NCBI GenBank assembly: GCA_002269645.1 | Contig: NIVC01000116.1 | Coordinates: forward strand, 1 to 49,686 | DNA from: Macrostomum lignano | Taxonomy: Eukaryota | DNA: 49,686 bases | Direction: 5' to 3' | Shown here: positions 23,740 to 35,610 of the stretch, in pieces | How positions within the stretch are numbered: the stretch's first letter is position 1 | Layout of the letters: the number at the start of each line of letters is the position of its first letter | Translations under genes and position numbers: made by a program | Notes under the pieces: model-generated | The model's input: only the letters and a program-made list of their open reading frames with translations | Told to the model about the DNA's origin: nothing | Databases searched by the model: none

Positions 23740-25090
23740 AGATTGGCTCATAGATATGTAGGATCTTAAACAGATGCGGTTAAAGGCAGTTTGGGTCACA
23801 TAAAGTTAAGGTGGACAGATTGGGTTATAGATATCTTTGAGCATAGACAGTTTGGGTCATAGACACATTGGGTCAAAGATAGGAAGATAGGTTGGATCAT
23901 AGACAGGTAGGGTCATAGATAGGTTGGGTTTTAGACAGGTTGGGTTTTAGACAAATTGTTTCGGTCCCAGACGGGTTGAATCCGAGACAGATTTGGTCAT
24001 AGATTGGTTGGTTCAAAAACAGGTTGAATCCGAGACAGATTTGGTCATAGATTGGTTGGTTCAAAAACAGGTTGAATCCGAGACAGATTGGGTCATAGAT
24101 TGGTTGGTTCAAAAACAGGTTGAATCCGAGACAGATTTGGTCATAGATTGGTTGGTTCAAAAACAGGTTGAATCCGAGACAGATTGGGTCATAGATTGGT
24201 TGGTTCAAAAACAGGTTGAATCCGAGACAGATTGGGTCATAGATTGGTTGGTTCAAAAACAGGTTGAATCCGAGACAGATTTGGTCATAGATTGGTTGGT
24301 TCAAAAACAGGTTGAATCCGAGACAGATTGGGTCATAGATTGGTTGGTTCAAAAACAGGTTGAATCCGAGACAGATTGGGTCATAGATTGGTTGGTTCAA
24401 AAACAGGTTGAATCCGAGACAGATTGGGTCATAGATTGGTTGGTTCAAAAACAGGTTGAATCCGAGACAGATTTGGTCATAGATTGGTTGGTTCAAAAAC
24501 AGGTTGAATCCGAGACAGATTGGGTCATAGATTGGTTGGTTCAAAAACAGGTTGAATCCGAGACAGATTGGGTCATAGATTGGTTGGTTCAAAAACAGGT
24601 TGAATCCGAGACAGATTGGGTCATAGATTGGTTGGTTCAAAAACAGATTGAATCCGAGACAGATTGGGTCATAGATTGGTTGGTTCAAAAACAGGTTGAA
24701 TCCGAGACAGATTGGGTCATAGATTGGTTGGTTCAAAAACAGGTTGAATCCGAGACAGATTGGGTCATAGATTGGTTGGTTCAAAAACAGGTTGAATCCG
24801 AGACAGATTGGGTCATAGATTGGTTGGTTCAAAAACAGGTTGAATCCGAGACAGATTGGGTCATAGATTGGTTGGGTCAAAGACAGGTTGGGTCATAGAT
24901 ATGTTGGGTCATAGACAGATTGCTTTATAGATATGTTGTGTCGAAGACTGGTTTGGGCTATAGACAGATTGAGTCATAGATAGGTTGGGTCATAGATAGG
25001 TTGGGCCATGGACAGATTGGGTCATAGATAGGTTGGGTCATAGATAGGTTGGGCCATGGACAGATTGGGTCATAGACAGGTTGGGTCATA
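23740..25090. repeat. 48-bp higher-order repeat (core about 23975-24875) built from 16-bp monomers, flanked by monomeric 16-mers
   Basis: Unit gattggttggttcaaa-aacaggttgaatccga-gacagattgggtcata; flanks read gataggttgggtcata and gacagattgggtcata. Confidence 0.95.
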
Positions 25091-25949
25091 AACAGATTAT
25101 TGCATGCAGGTCACATACAGTTCTATTCGCCCATCTCCCACACAAGCAATTCGATGCCGCCCACTCGGTGTCGGTGCCGGCCCCTGCCGCCAGTCAAGTC
25201 ACTGCCAAGCCAGTCGGCTGGGCCAAAGATGCACTTTTAGTCCAGTTTCAACTTCAGCTGCCCAGATCCGGCCGCTTCCCAGTTAGAGAAATTGACGAGC
25301 TGGAGGCGATACGAAAAACCGTGGCGGTAAGCGCGCGGCCTTAGCCGGTAGCTGGCATCCCTAGAGTTAATTATAGACCTGAAGCTCTCCACTTCCTCTT
25401 TATCAGATTTTACCGAACCAGAAGGCGGCGCAGGTGATCGGCCAGGTGCTGGAAAAATTTCAATTTCAATGCGGAATTCATTTTTCACCGGACGAATTTC
25501 AATTAGTACAATTGGAACCGGCTGGTTCGATTAGACTTGGAGGTGATTGTCTTTGGTGCACTACTGACACCTTATCAAGCAGTAGTGCGATATGATTTTT
25601 ATCGAAATTCAATGATATTTTGCAGAGCGCGGTCGTAAAATTCCGGACGATTGCAACTTGTTCTACGGTCTGAAGACGGCTGACCGGGCAGGGGAGCGGC
25701 GGCCGCCCGTCTGCGCGCTCAGACATGTCAGCCTGCCTGACAGCTGACTGCGCAAACACGGAACTAGAGATGTTTGTTTGGAAACAATTGTTCCTAGGTT
25801 TGCATCGTTGCTAGGCTACAACAAGTTGCTAGGCTAAAGCGAATTCATTTTTGCTGCACTTTCTAAATTCTATTTTAAAGGAAATGATGAAAATGAATAA
25901 TTTGACGATTATTTGTTTAAGCTTCAGTTAACAACTATAAACGATTGTT

Positions 25950-26089
25950 GTGTAGAAACGGTTGTTATGTAGAAACGGTTGTTATGTAGAAACGGTTGTT
26001 ATGTAGAAACGGTTGTTATGTAGAAACGGTTGTTATGTAGAAACGGTTGTTATGTAGAAACGGTTGCTAGGTAGAAACGGTTGCTAGGT
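25950..26089. repeat. 17-bp tandem repeat, interrupted by LINE and SINE insertions
   Basis: Unit gtagaaacggttgttat; degenerate copies resume after 27075 and after 27506. Confidence 0.88.
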
Positions 26090-27075
26090 CATCGAGGAAG
26101 CGCGGACCCGCCAGTCGAGCCTGATCGCTCTATTTATTGACTTCAGGAAGGCTTTCGACTCGGTCGTGAGGGCTGAGCTCCCAATGGTTTTACGTGCGTA
26201 AACGTGCCAGAGCAGCTGATTTCCGATGTCATGGCGCTGTATCATGGCACGAGTGCTGCTGTGCTAACACCGGACGGCTTGTCGGATTTCTTTGAGACAT
26301 CCTCTGAGGTGCTTCAGAGAGATACGCTTGCGCCGTTCCTGTTCGTCCTGGTGCTTGACTGGGTGCTGCGGACTGCTTTTCCTTCTAACGACGACGCGGC
26401 CTCCTGCTGCAGCGACGCGTGGGTCGGCGCCCACCGGAGAGGCGGCTCAACGTGCTTGGCTACGCCGACGATCCCGCCCTGCTGTCCTCAATTGTCGAGG
26501 GCGCTCAGCACCAGCTGGACAAGCTAGTTTCTGCTGCGGCGAGTGTCGGCCTGGTGGTCAACACGCAGAAGACCGCCGTGCTCTGCGTGCCGGAGGACAT
26601 CGAGGCTGCAATTTTCTGCCGAGGCGCTGACGGACAGGTGAAGAAGCTCCCGCGTTGTCAGCAGTTTGTCTACCTCGGCGGTCTGGTGCCTGACGTTCGC
26701 GAGGACCTGCGACGTCGCTGTGGACTTGACTGGGCTGCCTTCCGCTCTGTGAGGGCAGTCCTGCAGTCTGAGGCCTTGCCTGACCGCCAGAGGGCGGCGT
26801 TGTTCCAGGCGGTGATCGAGACCGTCCTGCTGTACAACGCCGAGACCTGGCGCTGATGCAGACACTCTATCGTCGCACCGGACTGTCCTGTCCCGGCGAA
26901 CTGTTGCACCGTCGGCGACTCCAGTTGGCAGGCCTTTTCATCCGAGTCGAGTCGTACTGCCCACAGCCGGTGCAGGAGGTGCTGCTGCTGACAATGTATT
27001 TTGTTGTTGTTGTTGTTGGCTGACAATGTATTTTGTTGTTGTTGTTGTTGGCTGACAATGTATTTTGTTGTTGTT
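26090..27075 (+). mobile_element. 5'-truncated, frameshifted RTE-like LINE (reverse transcriptase fragment and 3' tail)
   Basis: FIDFRKAFDSV, VLQRDTLAPFLFVLVLDWVLR, LGYADD, GLVVNTQKT, FVYLG, VLLYNAETW; (TTG)n tail; 10-bp direct repeat gttgctaggt at 26080-26089 and 27076-27085 (TSD). Confidence 0.9.
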
Positions 27076-27146
27076 GTTGCTAGGTGGAACCGCGGTTGCT
27101 AAGTAGAAACTTTGCTAGGTATAAATGCTTACTAGGTAAAATGGTT

Positions 27147-27506
27147 AGGGGGGCCGTAGCCCAGCGGTAGCGCAGCTGCTCTGGTGTGCCAGCGACCCAG
27201 GCTCGATTCCAAGTGCAGTCACATTAATTTGGGGCTGAATTGGAATCTCGGCTTGGCTCTGCTCGTGCAATTAACGGCCTTGAGAGCCAACCCCCCAAGG
27301 CGCAGTGAAGTGTACATGCCTAACGATAAAATAAAGTTAAGGCCGCTTTACACTCCCGTGTGAGTGTGTGCCTGCGTACGTATCCGCGCGCTTGTGTGCC
27401 TGCTCAGGGGAGTCGGCGGAATGGGCAGTAATGCCTCTCGCCGGTTGTGTGCCTATTTCGCTTAAAGTGCGCCAGGGTGCACACAACCCCCTGCCTCTAA
27501 TAAAAA
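27147..27506 (+). mobile_element. tRNA-derived SINE (second family) with a 13-bp TSD
   Basis: tRNA-like head ggggccgtagcccagcggtagcgc...ggctcgattcc; A-rich tail ctctaataaaaa; aggtaaaatggtt duplicated at 27134-27146 and 27507-27519. Confidence 0.85.
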
Positions 27507-28578
27507 AGGTAAAATGGTTGTTAAGAGGAAACGGTTGCTAGGTTGAATACAGATACAAAGTTTTGCGAAACAATTCAGTCACTCGCATCCTTCGCGCATC
27601 CTGTTTAATTTTAGTGTCGGCATCTTGCTGGGAAAAACATTTTTGCGTCCGGACAAAAGTCACAGGGAGTTGGTGGACGAACTGCGCACTGAAAGCATCG
27701 CATTGTGAATTTCAGTTTATTACAACCGATGCATTCGACCCAGCAAAGATGCAGGATACAAAGAAGAGCAGTGGAGTTCGGCACCACCAGCCAGTCAGCT
27801 AGATAGTGAAACCCCGGCATGCAAGTTCAAGCCTCACCAGGCTGTGTTCAGAGATCTCTCTCTCTCTCTCTTTCTCCCTCTCTCTCTCCCGGGTGACCCG
27901 ACGCTTCCAGTCCAACTCCAGAGAATTTCGTTGACTGCGCAGCGCAGTGCCAATGCAGTCCATCGCACAGCACTGAAAAATCTGAAATGCGACGCCGGCT
28001 GTGCCCCCCCCCCACCACCACTTCCACTCCGCCCTCACAAATCAGGACAGCCATTGCAAAAACAGTTTTGTACGGCGTCTGTACGCAGCAACAGGGAGGG
28101 TGGTGGGATGCACTGCTGATCGCTTTTCCCTTCCAGTTTCCCTGTCTGTGTGGCTTGAAACGCCAAACGGTTCGATAAAGCCGGCTGGGGGCCATGCGAA
28201 AGTGGGGATTGGTTCATCGTGGATGGCTTGCTTCAGCCCTCTGGAGGGATGGCAGAGTGCGCAATGGGGATTAAACTTCGTGTCCTTGGCTGCACAGCAC
28301 TCTCACTCTCTCCTCGCTTCCTCTGCCTCTGCCTCCCTCACCCCGAACTGGCCACCAGTCCGCCATTGGCTGCCGGGCATTTATAACTCGAGCGGCGTTG
28401 GTGGTCCGACTTCGATTTTATTCAAACTCTTGCAATTTTGAGCGTAATTCGTTCCAATTTTGTGCCTAGCATAAATTGAACAGGTGACGAAGGTAAGTGA
28501 ACTGTGTTTTAAAGCTTGAATAGCTAATTGCATGCTTTCTGTAATTTTAGCTGTGCCTAAACTAATGTGAGACAGAAT

Positions 28579-29735
28579 CAGGGACTGACCAGAGAGCGAA
28601 GAGGCAGACTCAGGGACTGACCAGAGAGCGAAGAGGCAGACTCAGGGACTGACCAGAGAGCGAAGAGGCAGACTCAGGGACTGACCAGAGAGCGAAGAGG
28701 CAGACTCAGGGACTGACCAGAGAGCGAAGAGGCAGACTCAGGGACTGACCAGAGAGCGAATAGGCAGACTCAGCGACTCACCAGGGAGCGAAGAGGCAGA
28801 CTCAGGGACTCATCAGGGAGCGAAGAGGCAGACTCAGCGACTCATCAGGGAGCGAAGAGGCAGACTCAGTGACTCACCAGGGAGCGAAGAGGCAGACTCA
28901 GCGACTCATCAGGGAGCGAAGAGGCAGACTCAGCGACTCACCAGGGAGCGAAGAGGCAGACTCAGCGACTCACCAGGGAGCGAAGAGGCAGACTCAGCGA
29001 CTCATCAGGGAGCGAAGAGGCAGACTCAGCGACTCATCAGGGAGCGAAGAGGCAGACTCAGCGACTAATCAGGGAGCGAAGAGGCAGACTCAGGGACTCA
29101 CCAGGGAGCGAAGAGGCAGACTCAGGGACTCATCAGGGAGCGAAGAGGCAGACTCAGCGACTCACCAGGGAGCGAAGAGGCAGACTCAGGGACTCATCAG
29201 GGAGCGAAGAGGCAGACTCAGCGACTCACCAGGGAGCGAAGAGGCAGACTCAGGGACTGACCAGAGAGCGAAGAGGCAGACTCAGGGACTGACCAGAGTG
29301 CGAAGAGGCAGACTCAGGGACTGACCAGAGAGCGAAGAGGCAGACTCAGGGACTGACCAGAGAGCGAAGAGGCAGACTCAGGGACTGACCAGAGAGCGAA
29401 GAGGCAGACTCAGGGACTGACCAGAGAGCGAAGAGGCAGACTCAGGGACTGACCAGAGAGCGAAGAGGCAGACTCAGGGACTGACCAGAGAGCGAAGAGG
29501 CACACTCAGGGACTGACCAGAGAGCGAAGAGGCACACTCAGGGACTGATCAGGGAGCGAAGAGGCAGACTCAGGGACTGATCAGGGAGTAAAGAGGCACA
29601 CTCAGGGACTGATCAGGGAGCAAAGAGGCACACTCAGGGACTGATCAGGGAGCAAAGAGGCAAAGAGGCAGACTCAGGGACTGATCAGGGAGCAAAGAGG
29701 CACACTCAGGGACTGATCAGGGAGCGAAGAGGCTC
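28579..29735. repeat. 32-bp minisatellite, probably in the 5'UTR intron of the claudin-like gene
   Basis: Unit cagggactgaccagagagcgaagaggcagact with a central block of variant units. Donor ag|gtaagt at 28493 and acceptor tttcag at 29781 bracket it. Confidence 0.95.
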
Positions 29736-29799
29736 AGCAAATAACTGGACTCAAAACTAATCATAAACCTTTAAATTTCAGCAACAGGTATCCCCGAGC

Positions 29800-32157
29800 A
29801 TGGCAACAATCTCCTTTCACCAAATCTGCATCACGGTGCTGAGCCTGGGCCTCGCCTGCGGCATCATCGCCTGCGCCTCGTCCAGTTGGCAAATGAGCTG
29901 GAATGCCAGAGGCTCCGGGCTCTTCGATCTGCCCAACAACAGTGAGCTGGCGTGTGGCATTCTGGCTGCTTAGCAACCAGTGGACCTTGCTTAGCATGCT
30001 TCGTAGTTATTTTAATAATACGGAAAAAGACTACCAAGCTACTAGGCTATTAAGCTACTAGGCTATTAAGCTACTAGGCTATTAAGCTACTAGGCTATTA
30101 AGCTACTAGGCTATTAAGCTACTAGGCTATTAAGCTACTAGGCTATTAAGCTACTAGGCTATTAAGCTACTAGGCTATTAAGCTACTAGGCTATTAAGCT
30201 ACTAGGCTATTAAGCTACTAGGCTATTAAGCTACTAGGCTATTAAGCTACTAGGCTATTAAGCTACTAGGCTATTAAGCTACTAGGCTATTAAGCTACTA
30301 GGCTATTAAGCTACTAGGCTATTAAGCTACTAGGCTATTAAGCTACTAGGCTATTAAGCTACTAGGCTATTAAGCTACTAGGCTATTAAGCTACTAGGCT
30401 ATTAAGCTACTAGGCTATTAAGCTACTAGGCTATTAAGCTACTAGGCTATTAAGCTACTAGGCTATTAAGCTACTAGGCTATTAAGCTACTAGGCTATTA
30501 AGCTACTAGGCTATTAAGCTACTAGGCTATTAAGCTACTAGGCTATTAAGCTACTAGGCTATTAAGCTACTAGGCTATTAAGCTACTAGGCTATTAAGCT
30601 ACTAGGCTATTAAGCTACTAGGCTATTAAGCTACTAGGCTATTAAGCTACTAGGCTGCGGGGCGCACATACCCCTTGAAGCAGTTAAATACCGCACCAAC
30701 TCGCACCACTTCCGACACCCCACAGGCGAGGGCAACTCGGTTAAAGCCTTGACCATCATCGGGGTGGCCTTCTTGGCCTTCGGCTTGCTGCTGGAGATTC
30801 TCATGATTGTCTCCAACACCTTCAAGCTGAGCAAAGCCGTCAACCTGCTCTGCCTCGTGTGCTGCATCATTGCAGGTGAGGAACTGGATAAAACAGAGCA
30901 AAACAACTTCGTTCGAAAAAAAGCTTTTGCTCTGAAAATTGGCCCTGGGGTTGTCGTGGATTCACACCCGTGAGGGACAACACCCCAAGGCACAGAGAGT
31001 GCACATGCCTGACGATTGGACAGTCAGGGCCACTGTACACCCTGAGTGAGCGTGTGTTTGAGTGCGTGCTTGCGTACAGTATGCGATCTTGGCCCAGCTG
31101 CAGAAGGTACCGGGCATCTGGATGCAGCGGGGAGATCCGGTGGTGCCGGTGTCCGCAGCGCGGTCCCCCTTCGGAGAGTCCAGGAGGTGGATTGTCGCTC
31201 GCCCGGTAGTCCTCAGGTAGCGGACGAGCTGGCAGAGATTCTCGGGCCTGAAAACGTCGGAGAGGTCCGGGTTTGGGCCGAGGTAGGCGAGCCTGTCCTG
31301 AGTAAAGGCGGGGCATTCACAGATGAAGTGCTCCGCATTCTCGGCACCGGAGAAGCTCCCTGGAGGTGACGATGCCTAGCAAAACAGCCATGACCTGAGA
31401 GGACCATTTTTATCGCCCTGATGTCCGACTGGTTGATCCGAGTGGTGACAAAGTGGTGTCAGCGAAATGGGCAGAACTGCCCAGGCGCTGGTTGTGGGAC
31501 CATGTCGCCCAAGGCGTTGTGCCAGAGTGCCCCCAGCCCTCCTGTGAATATTTATTTAATATTTAATATTTATTTTGGTACAGAACAGCACAGAACAGCA
31601 CAGAACAGCACAGAACAGCACAGAACAGCGCAGAACAGCACAGAACAGCATAGAACAGCGCAGAACAGCACAGAACAGCACAGAACAGCACAGAACAGCA
31701 CAGCACAGAACAGCATAGAACAGCGCAGAACAGCACAGAACAGCACAGAACAGCACAGAACAGAACAGAACAGCACAGAACAGCACAGAACAGCACAGAA
31801 CAGCACAGAACAGCACAGAACAGCAAAGAACAGCACAGAACAGCACAGAACAGCACAGAACAGCACAGAACAGCAAAGAACAGCACAGAACAGCAAAGAA
31901 CAGCACAGAACAGCACAGAACAGCGCAGAACAGCACAGAACAGCACAGAACAGCACAGAACAGCACAGAACAGCGCAGAACAGCAAACCCAGCCTAAATA
32001 ACTCCACGTCCCCGCAGTGGCCGGCCTACTCATCGGGCTCATTGTGTACGCCGCCAAGTTCTCATACGGCGGCTACAGCGTGTGGCTGCTGACCGCTAGC
32101 ACCGTGTTCGCCATCGAGGCGCTGTTCTTCTACATCATCCAGTGGCGCTGCGCCTGA
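29800..32157 (+). CDS. Claudin/PMP22/EMP-like four-pass membrane protein, 143 aa, 3 exons (not annotated intact by the ORF track)
   Basis: Exons 29800-29941, 30726-30875, 32018-32157 (phases 1,1; 432 nt). [30 protein letters not shown]...[34 protein letters not shown]...[25 protein letters not shown]...[29 protein letters not shown]. Four hydrophobic segments, W...GL[FW] motif, GYSxWL motif. Confidence 0.85.
30036..30656. repeat. Perfect 16-bp minisatellite, about 39 copies, in claudin-like intron 1
   Basis: Unit aagctactaggctatt with no visible variants. Confidence 0.98.
30950..31540 (-). mobile_element. 3' fragment of a non-LTR retrotransposon (I/R1/Jockey-like C-terminal CCHC region), in intron 2
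   Basis: [17 protein letters not shown] followed (frameshifted) by [15 protein letters not shown], the LTGHG...H...C motif that follows RT/RNase H in these clades. Left boundary approximate. Confidence 0.75.
31580..31985. repeat. 10-bp tandem repeat (cagaacagca)n in intron 2
   Basis: Direct reading; it produces the spurious [10 protein letters not shown] ORFs. Confidence 0.98.
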
Positions 32158-32786
32158 GCAGTGGCGGTGTGAATGCTCAGAAAATTCGAACTGCACCTGG
32201 GTGGTTGACCACGGATACTGTCAATATATATTTCATTTCTACTGGCAGAGAAGTTCTTTAGGCTCGAACGCTTCTTAGGTGCGAGCGTGTTTTGCTTACA
32301 ATTAGCTGTCAATAAGGAATGATATTCCTATAATCTCAATGCTGCTGACTATTAGCCCTTAAAAACATTTTATAGCTAAATGATGATAATGTTAGCTTGT
32401 CTTCTATTTATTGACACTCGAACTGCTTCCTGTCTGCTGCTTTTGTGCAAGTGTTGTGTCAGTATTTATTGAGCATACCCAACCCGATAACAGTTATTTT
32501 GCATGATCTGAATGGCTATTTACTCAAATCCTGATAAATATTTAGCATCCGCGGCTTGAATAACTAATTGCTTTTTAAAAAGTTTTGTTTATCAAAAATA
32601 AGTCTCGGCACTTTTTCAATTAGCTGCTAAGTTTTCTCAATTGCTGATTTTATCTATTTATAATAATAAATTTTGTGCTCAGCATGGAAGCTACTTATAG
32701 TAGTTAGACGGCGTTTTAATACATTTTTATTAGACACAAGTATTTCGGTTTTCTGACTCGGCAATTATCAGGGATTTCCTGCTGCT

Positions 32787-33273
32787 CTACGGGCTGGTGA
32801 GCTGCTGGCGCTGCTGCAGGTGCGGCCCCAGTTTGCAGCGTCTCACGTGCTTCTCCATCGTGCTGGCCACTGAGTAGGGTGTGCCGCAGAATTTGCACTT
32901 GTAGGCAAATCGCCCGTCCCTGCAGTGAGTTTTCATGTGCCGGGTCAGCTTGCTGCTCTGCGCGCAGGCGTAGCTGCACAGGCGGCACCTGTAGGGTTTC
33001 TCTCCAGTGTGGCTCCTGCGGTGCACCGTCAGGTTCGAGCAGTTCTTGAACCTCTTGCCGCAGAATTCGCAGCTGTCTGGTCGAGACGAACTGCAGGGCT
33101 GAGGTGGTGGCGGTGGAGGCGGCGGAGGCGAAGGCGGAGGCGGCACTGCGTGCTGAACCGAAGGCATGAGACTACTCAGAGCCGAATGATAGAAATGCAT
33201 TGCTGGCCAAGCAGGACTCAGCGACGATGGAGTCCCATAGCAAGCAGCAGGCACTTCAACATGTGCTGGGTAC
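32787..33273 (-). CDS. BCL11: Terminal exon of a BCL11A/B-like C2H2 zinc-finger transcription factor
   Basis: [49 protein letters not shown]...[19 protein letters not shown] closely follows the BCL11 C-terminal three-finger array as I recall it ([33 protein letters not shown]). Acceptor ttgcag| at 33274/33273. Upstream exons unresolved. Confidence 0.9.
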
Positions 33274-33311
33274 CTGCAAGTTGCGTTCAGTTTCTAAGCG
33301 TTAGCGTTCAG

Positions 33312-33681
33312 CCCCTAAGCCCTAACCCCTAACCCCTAACCCCTAACCCCTAACCCCTAACCCTAACCCCTAACCCCTAACCCCTAACCCTAACACCTAA
33401 CCCCTAACCCCTAACCCCTAACCCATAACCCCTATCCCCTAACCCCTAACCCCTAAACCATAACCCCTTACCCCTAACCCCTAATCCCTAACCACTAACC
33501 CATAACTCCTAACTCCTAACCCCTAAACCCCTAACCCTAACCCCTAACCCCTAACCCCTAACCCCTAACCCCTAACCCCTAACCCCTATCCCCTAACCCC
33601 TAACCCCTAACCCCTAACCCCTAACCCCTAACCCCTAACCCCTAACCCCTAACCCCTAACCCCTAACACCTAACCCCTAAC
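33312..33681. repeat. Telomere-like (CCCCTAA)n / (TTAGGGG)n interstitial array, left part
   Basis: 7-bp unit with variants cacctaa, cccataa, cccctat, accataa, cccctta. Confidence 0.97.
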
Positions 33682-35610
33682 CACAGATACTATAAACACT
33701 AGATAGGCCACTCCAGCTAATTTTCACAACACGACAGTTTACTCTACTTTCTGCTTAGTAGTAGTAAAAACATTTTAGCGTTATTTATATTTTTTAAAAA
33801 TAAAAAAACAGATGAATGCAATGCAGCAATTGTATTGATTTTTTTGCAAAAAGAAACTTATAATTATACTTTCCACAATTCAAAGCAACATTGTGAATGC
33901 TTTAGATTGCATAGAAGGCTATATTATTGCAGTCAACTATTGTATATTTAGCAAATACGAGCTATATCATATACTCCATAATCCATATTCGTGTAGCAAA
34001 ATAGAAAGATTTCTCATCTTAATCAGCTCATCTGTTTGTGAAACTCGCAGCGTGCTGTTGAAGAACAGGGTCGCCAGTCGCCCTTGTTCAGAGGCAGCAT
34101 TCAGAACGGCCCAACAGATGAAAAAAAACTGGCGAATGCGCCACTTCAAGGTCCAGGGATGTATCCGATGGAGAGCCAATCCTCAGTGGTTTCGTAACAG
34201 GCAGCCGATAAGCAGCAGGACTTTTGTGGTGCAGCTGCAATGAGCTGCTGATGAGATGACATCCTTTGACCAGAGCACCCCTGACTGCGAGCGCCCTGCC
34301 GCCCAGTCGACCGCTGGAAGCTGCGCTAGCCACGCCTCCACAGTCCATGGATGCACGACTGCGCTGCACTTGCCTTGACCATCGAATGTTGCCGCTGCAG
34401 CCGCTTGATTTGCCTGTCGTTTTCGGGATTGCCGCTGCAGCCGCTTGATTTGCCTGTCGCTTTCGGGATTGCCGCTGCAGCCGCTTGATTCGCCTGTCAC
34501 TTTCGGCCTCGGGATCGTTGCTGCAGCCGCTTGATCGTTGCCTCTAGCGCTTGGAACCCGCGAATCGGCTGCAGAGGTGAGAGCTTTCAGCCGCAACAGC
34601 TGTTCTCGGCGCAGAATCTGGTAGCCGAAGGTTGCTCTGCCACAGCACTGGCAGCAGGCAAGTCGCAGGCTCGGCTGCAGATAGATTGCTAATTGGCCCC
34701 AGCACTGGAGGGTACATGTCGTCTGCCTCTTCATCGTTTATCAGTCCTTTGCACAGAGGGTAGCTGGTCTATTTGAACGAGCCGAGGCAGCATCAACTCT
34801 TGGTGTGGGATTGCGTCCCAGCGAAAACAGATGTCTTGCACATCCGTGGCACTTTGTAAGGCAGCAGTAGGCCTCGTCCATAAAGTGCAAGCTGAACACA
34901 CGGAGGCCCCGTGATTTAATTGTTTATAAAGGTCAATATCCACGCTCCTGCACTAGCTGCTGCCAGCGCTTCGCCAGTGTCATCTTTTGGTAATTTATGC
35001 ATTCGCAACGGATTTTTCTTTCTCGGATGTTAATAGCACTAGTACAAAGCTCGTGCAAGTGGGAGCACAGCAGTGGTTCGAATCAAAACATTTCTCGAGT
35101 ACAAGATTAGATAGAAAAGCTAGTATGCACTCGAACTTTCTTTAACTCTGACTCTTGTCCTGTTCATCTATATAAGCTTGTATTTAAGCACGATTCGCCA
35201 CCCCCAAATTTTCTAACCCACAACCTCTCAACCCCACCCCTAACCCAGGCTAGCTATGTGCAGTCCTTTATTTTCTATCCCACCACCAGTGGGCCTAAAT
35301 TATCGATCCACTCACCCTGCCTTATACGAAACTGATATTAACCCTATTCCAGACTACCCCCCTTCCTCCACTTTGAAAGATAGCGGCATTGCACACTGTC
35401 TGTCGCGTCTTAATGTACACCATTACTGCACAAAACAAGTTAGTTGTTTATGGCGTTAGCAAAACGATGTCTTAAAAACAGTCACTCGATTTGTCTAATT
35501 TAGCAAATAATACTGTTGCTTCCTTTCATTGCTACTAAGCAGAAAGTAGAATAAAAAACTTGCCCAGAAAATTAGCCTGAGTGGCCTATCTAGTGTTTAT
35601 AGTATCTGTG
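33682..35610 (-). mobile_element. Internally deleted, degenerate P-element-superfamily (THAP9-like) DNA transposon, 1929 bp
   Basis: Perfect 32-bp TIR cacagatactataaacactagataggccactc (33682-33713 and 35579-35610); inner inverted 19-mer tctactttctgcttagtag; 8-bp TSD cccctaac; THAP and transposase N-terminal remnants inside. Confidence 0.9.
33950..35081 (-). pseudogene. Fragmented THAP domain and P-transposase N-terminus
   Basis: Across frames: NHCCAPTC (35081-35055), MHKLPKD, KRWQQLVQ, LRVFSLHFMDEAY (Cys->Phe in the THAP CxxHF motif, two stops upstream), QIKRLQRQSRK tandem (coiled-coil-like), WSKDVISS then LQLHHKSPAAYRL (P-transposase LHxxSPxAYxxL motif, about 34240-34201). Confidence 0.75.

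Noticed and set aside
23897-24898. Long ORFs on both strands (327 and 301 aa)
   Set aside because: They are translations of the 48-bp satellite; period divisible by 3, with no splice or domain support.
25237-25759. Two adjacent minus-strand ORFs (86 and 83 aa)
   Set aside because: No recognisable domain and no confident splice model.
27611-27820. Minus-strand ORF with a hydrophobic stretch then MRCFQC, resembling a Ly6/three-finger start
   Set aside because: The remaining cysteine spacing does not fit, and I found no convincing splice continuation.
28579-29735. 32-bp and 34-bp repeats as CRISPR arrays
   Set aside because: Units are head-to-tail with no unique spacers, the context is eukaryotic and there are no cas genes.
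31421-32092. 223-aa [13 protein letters not shown] and antisense Cys-rich ORFs
   Set aside because: They are translations of the 10-bp intronic repeat.
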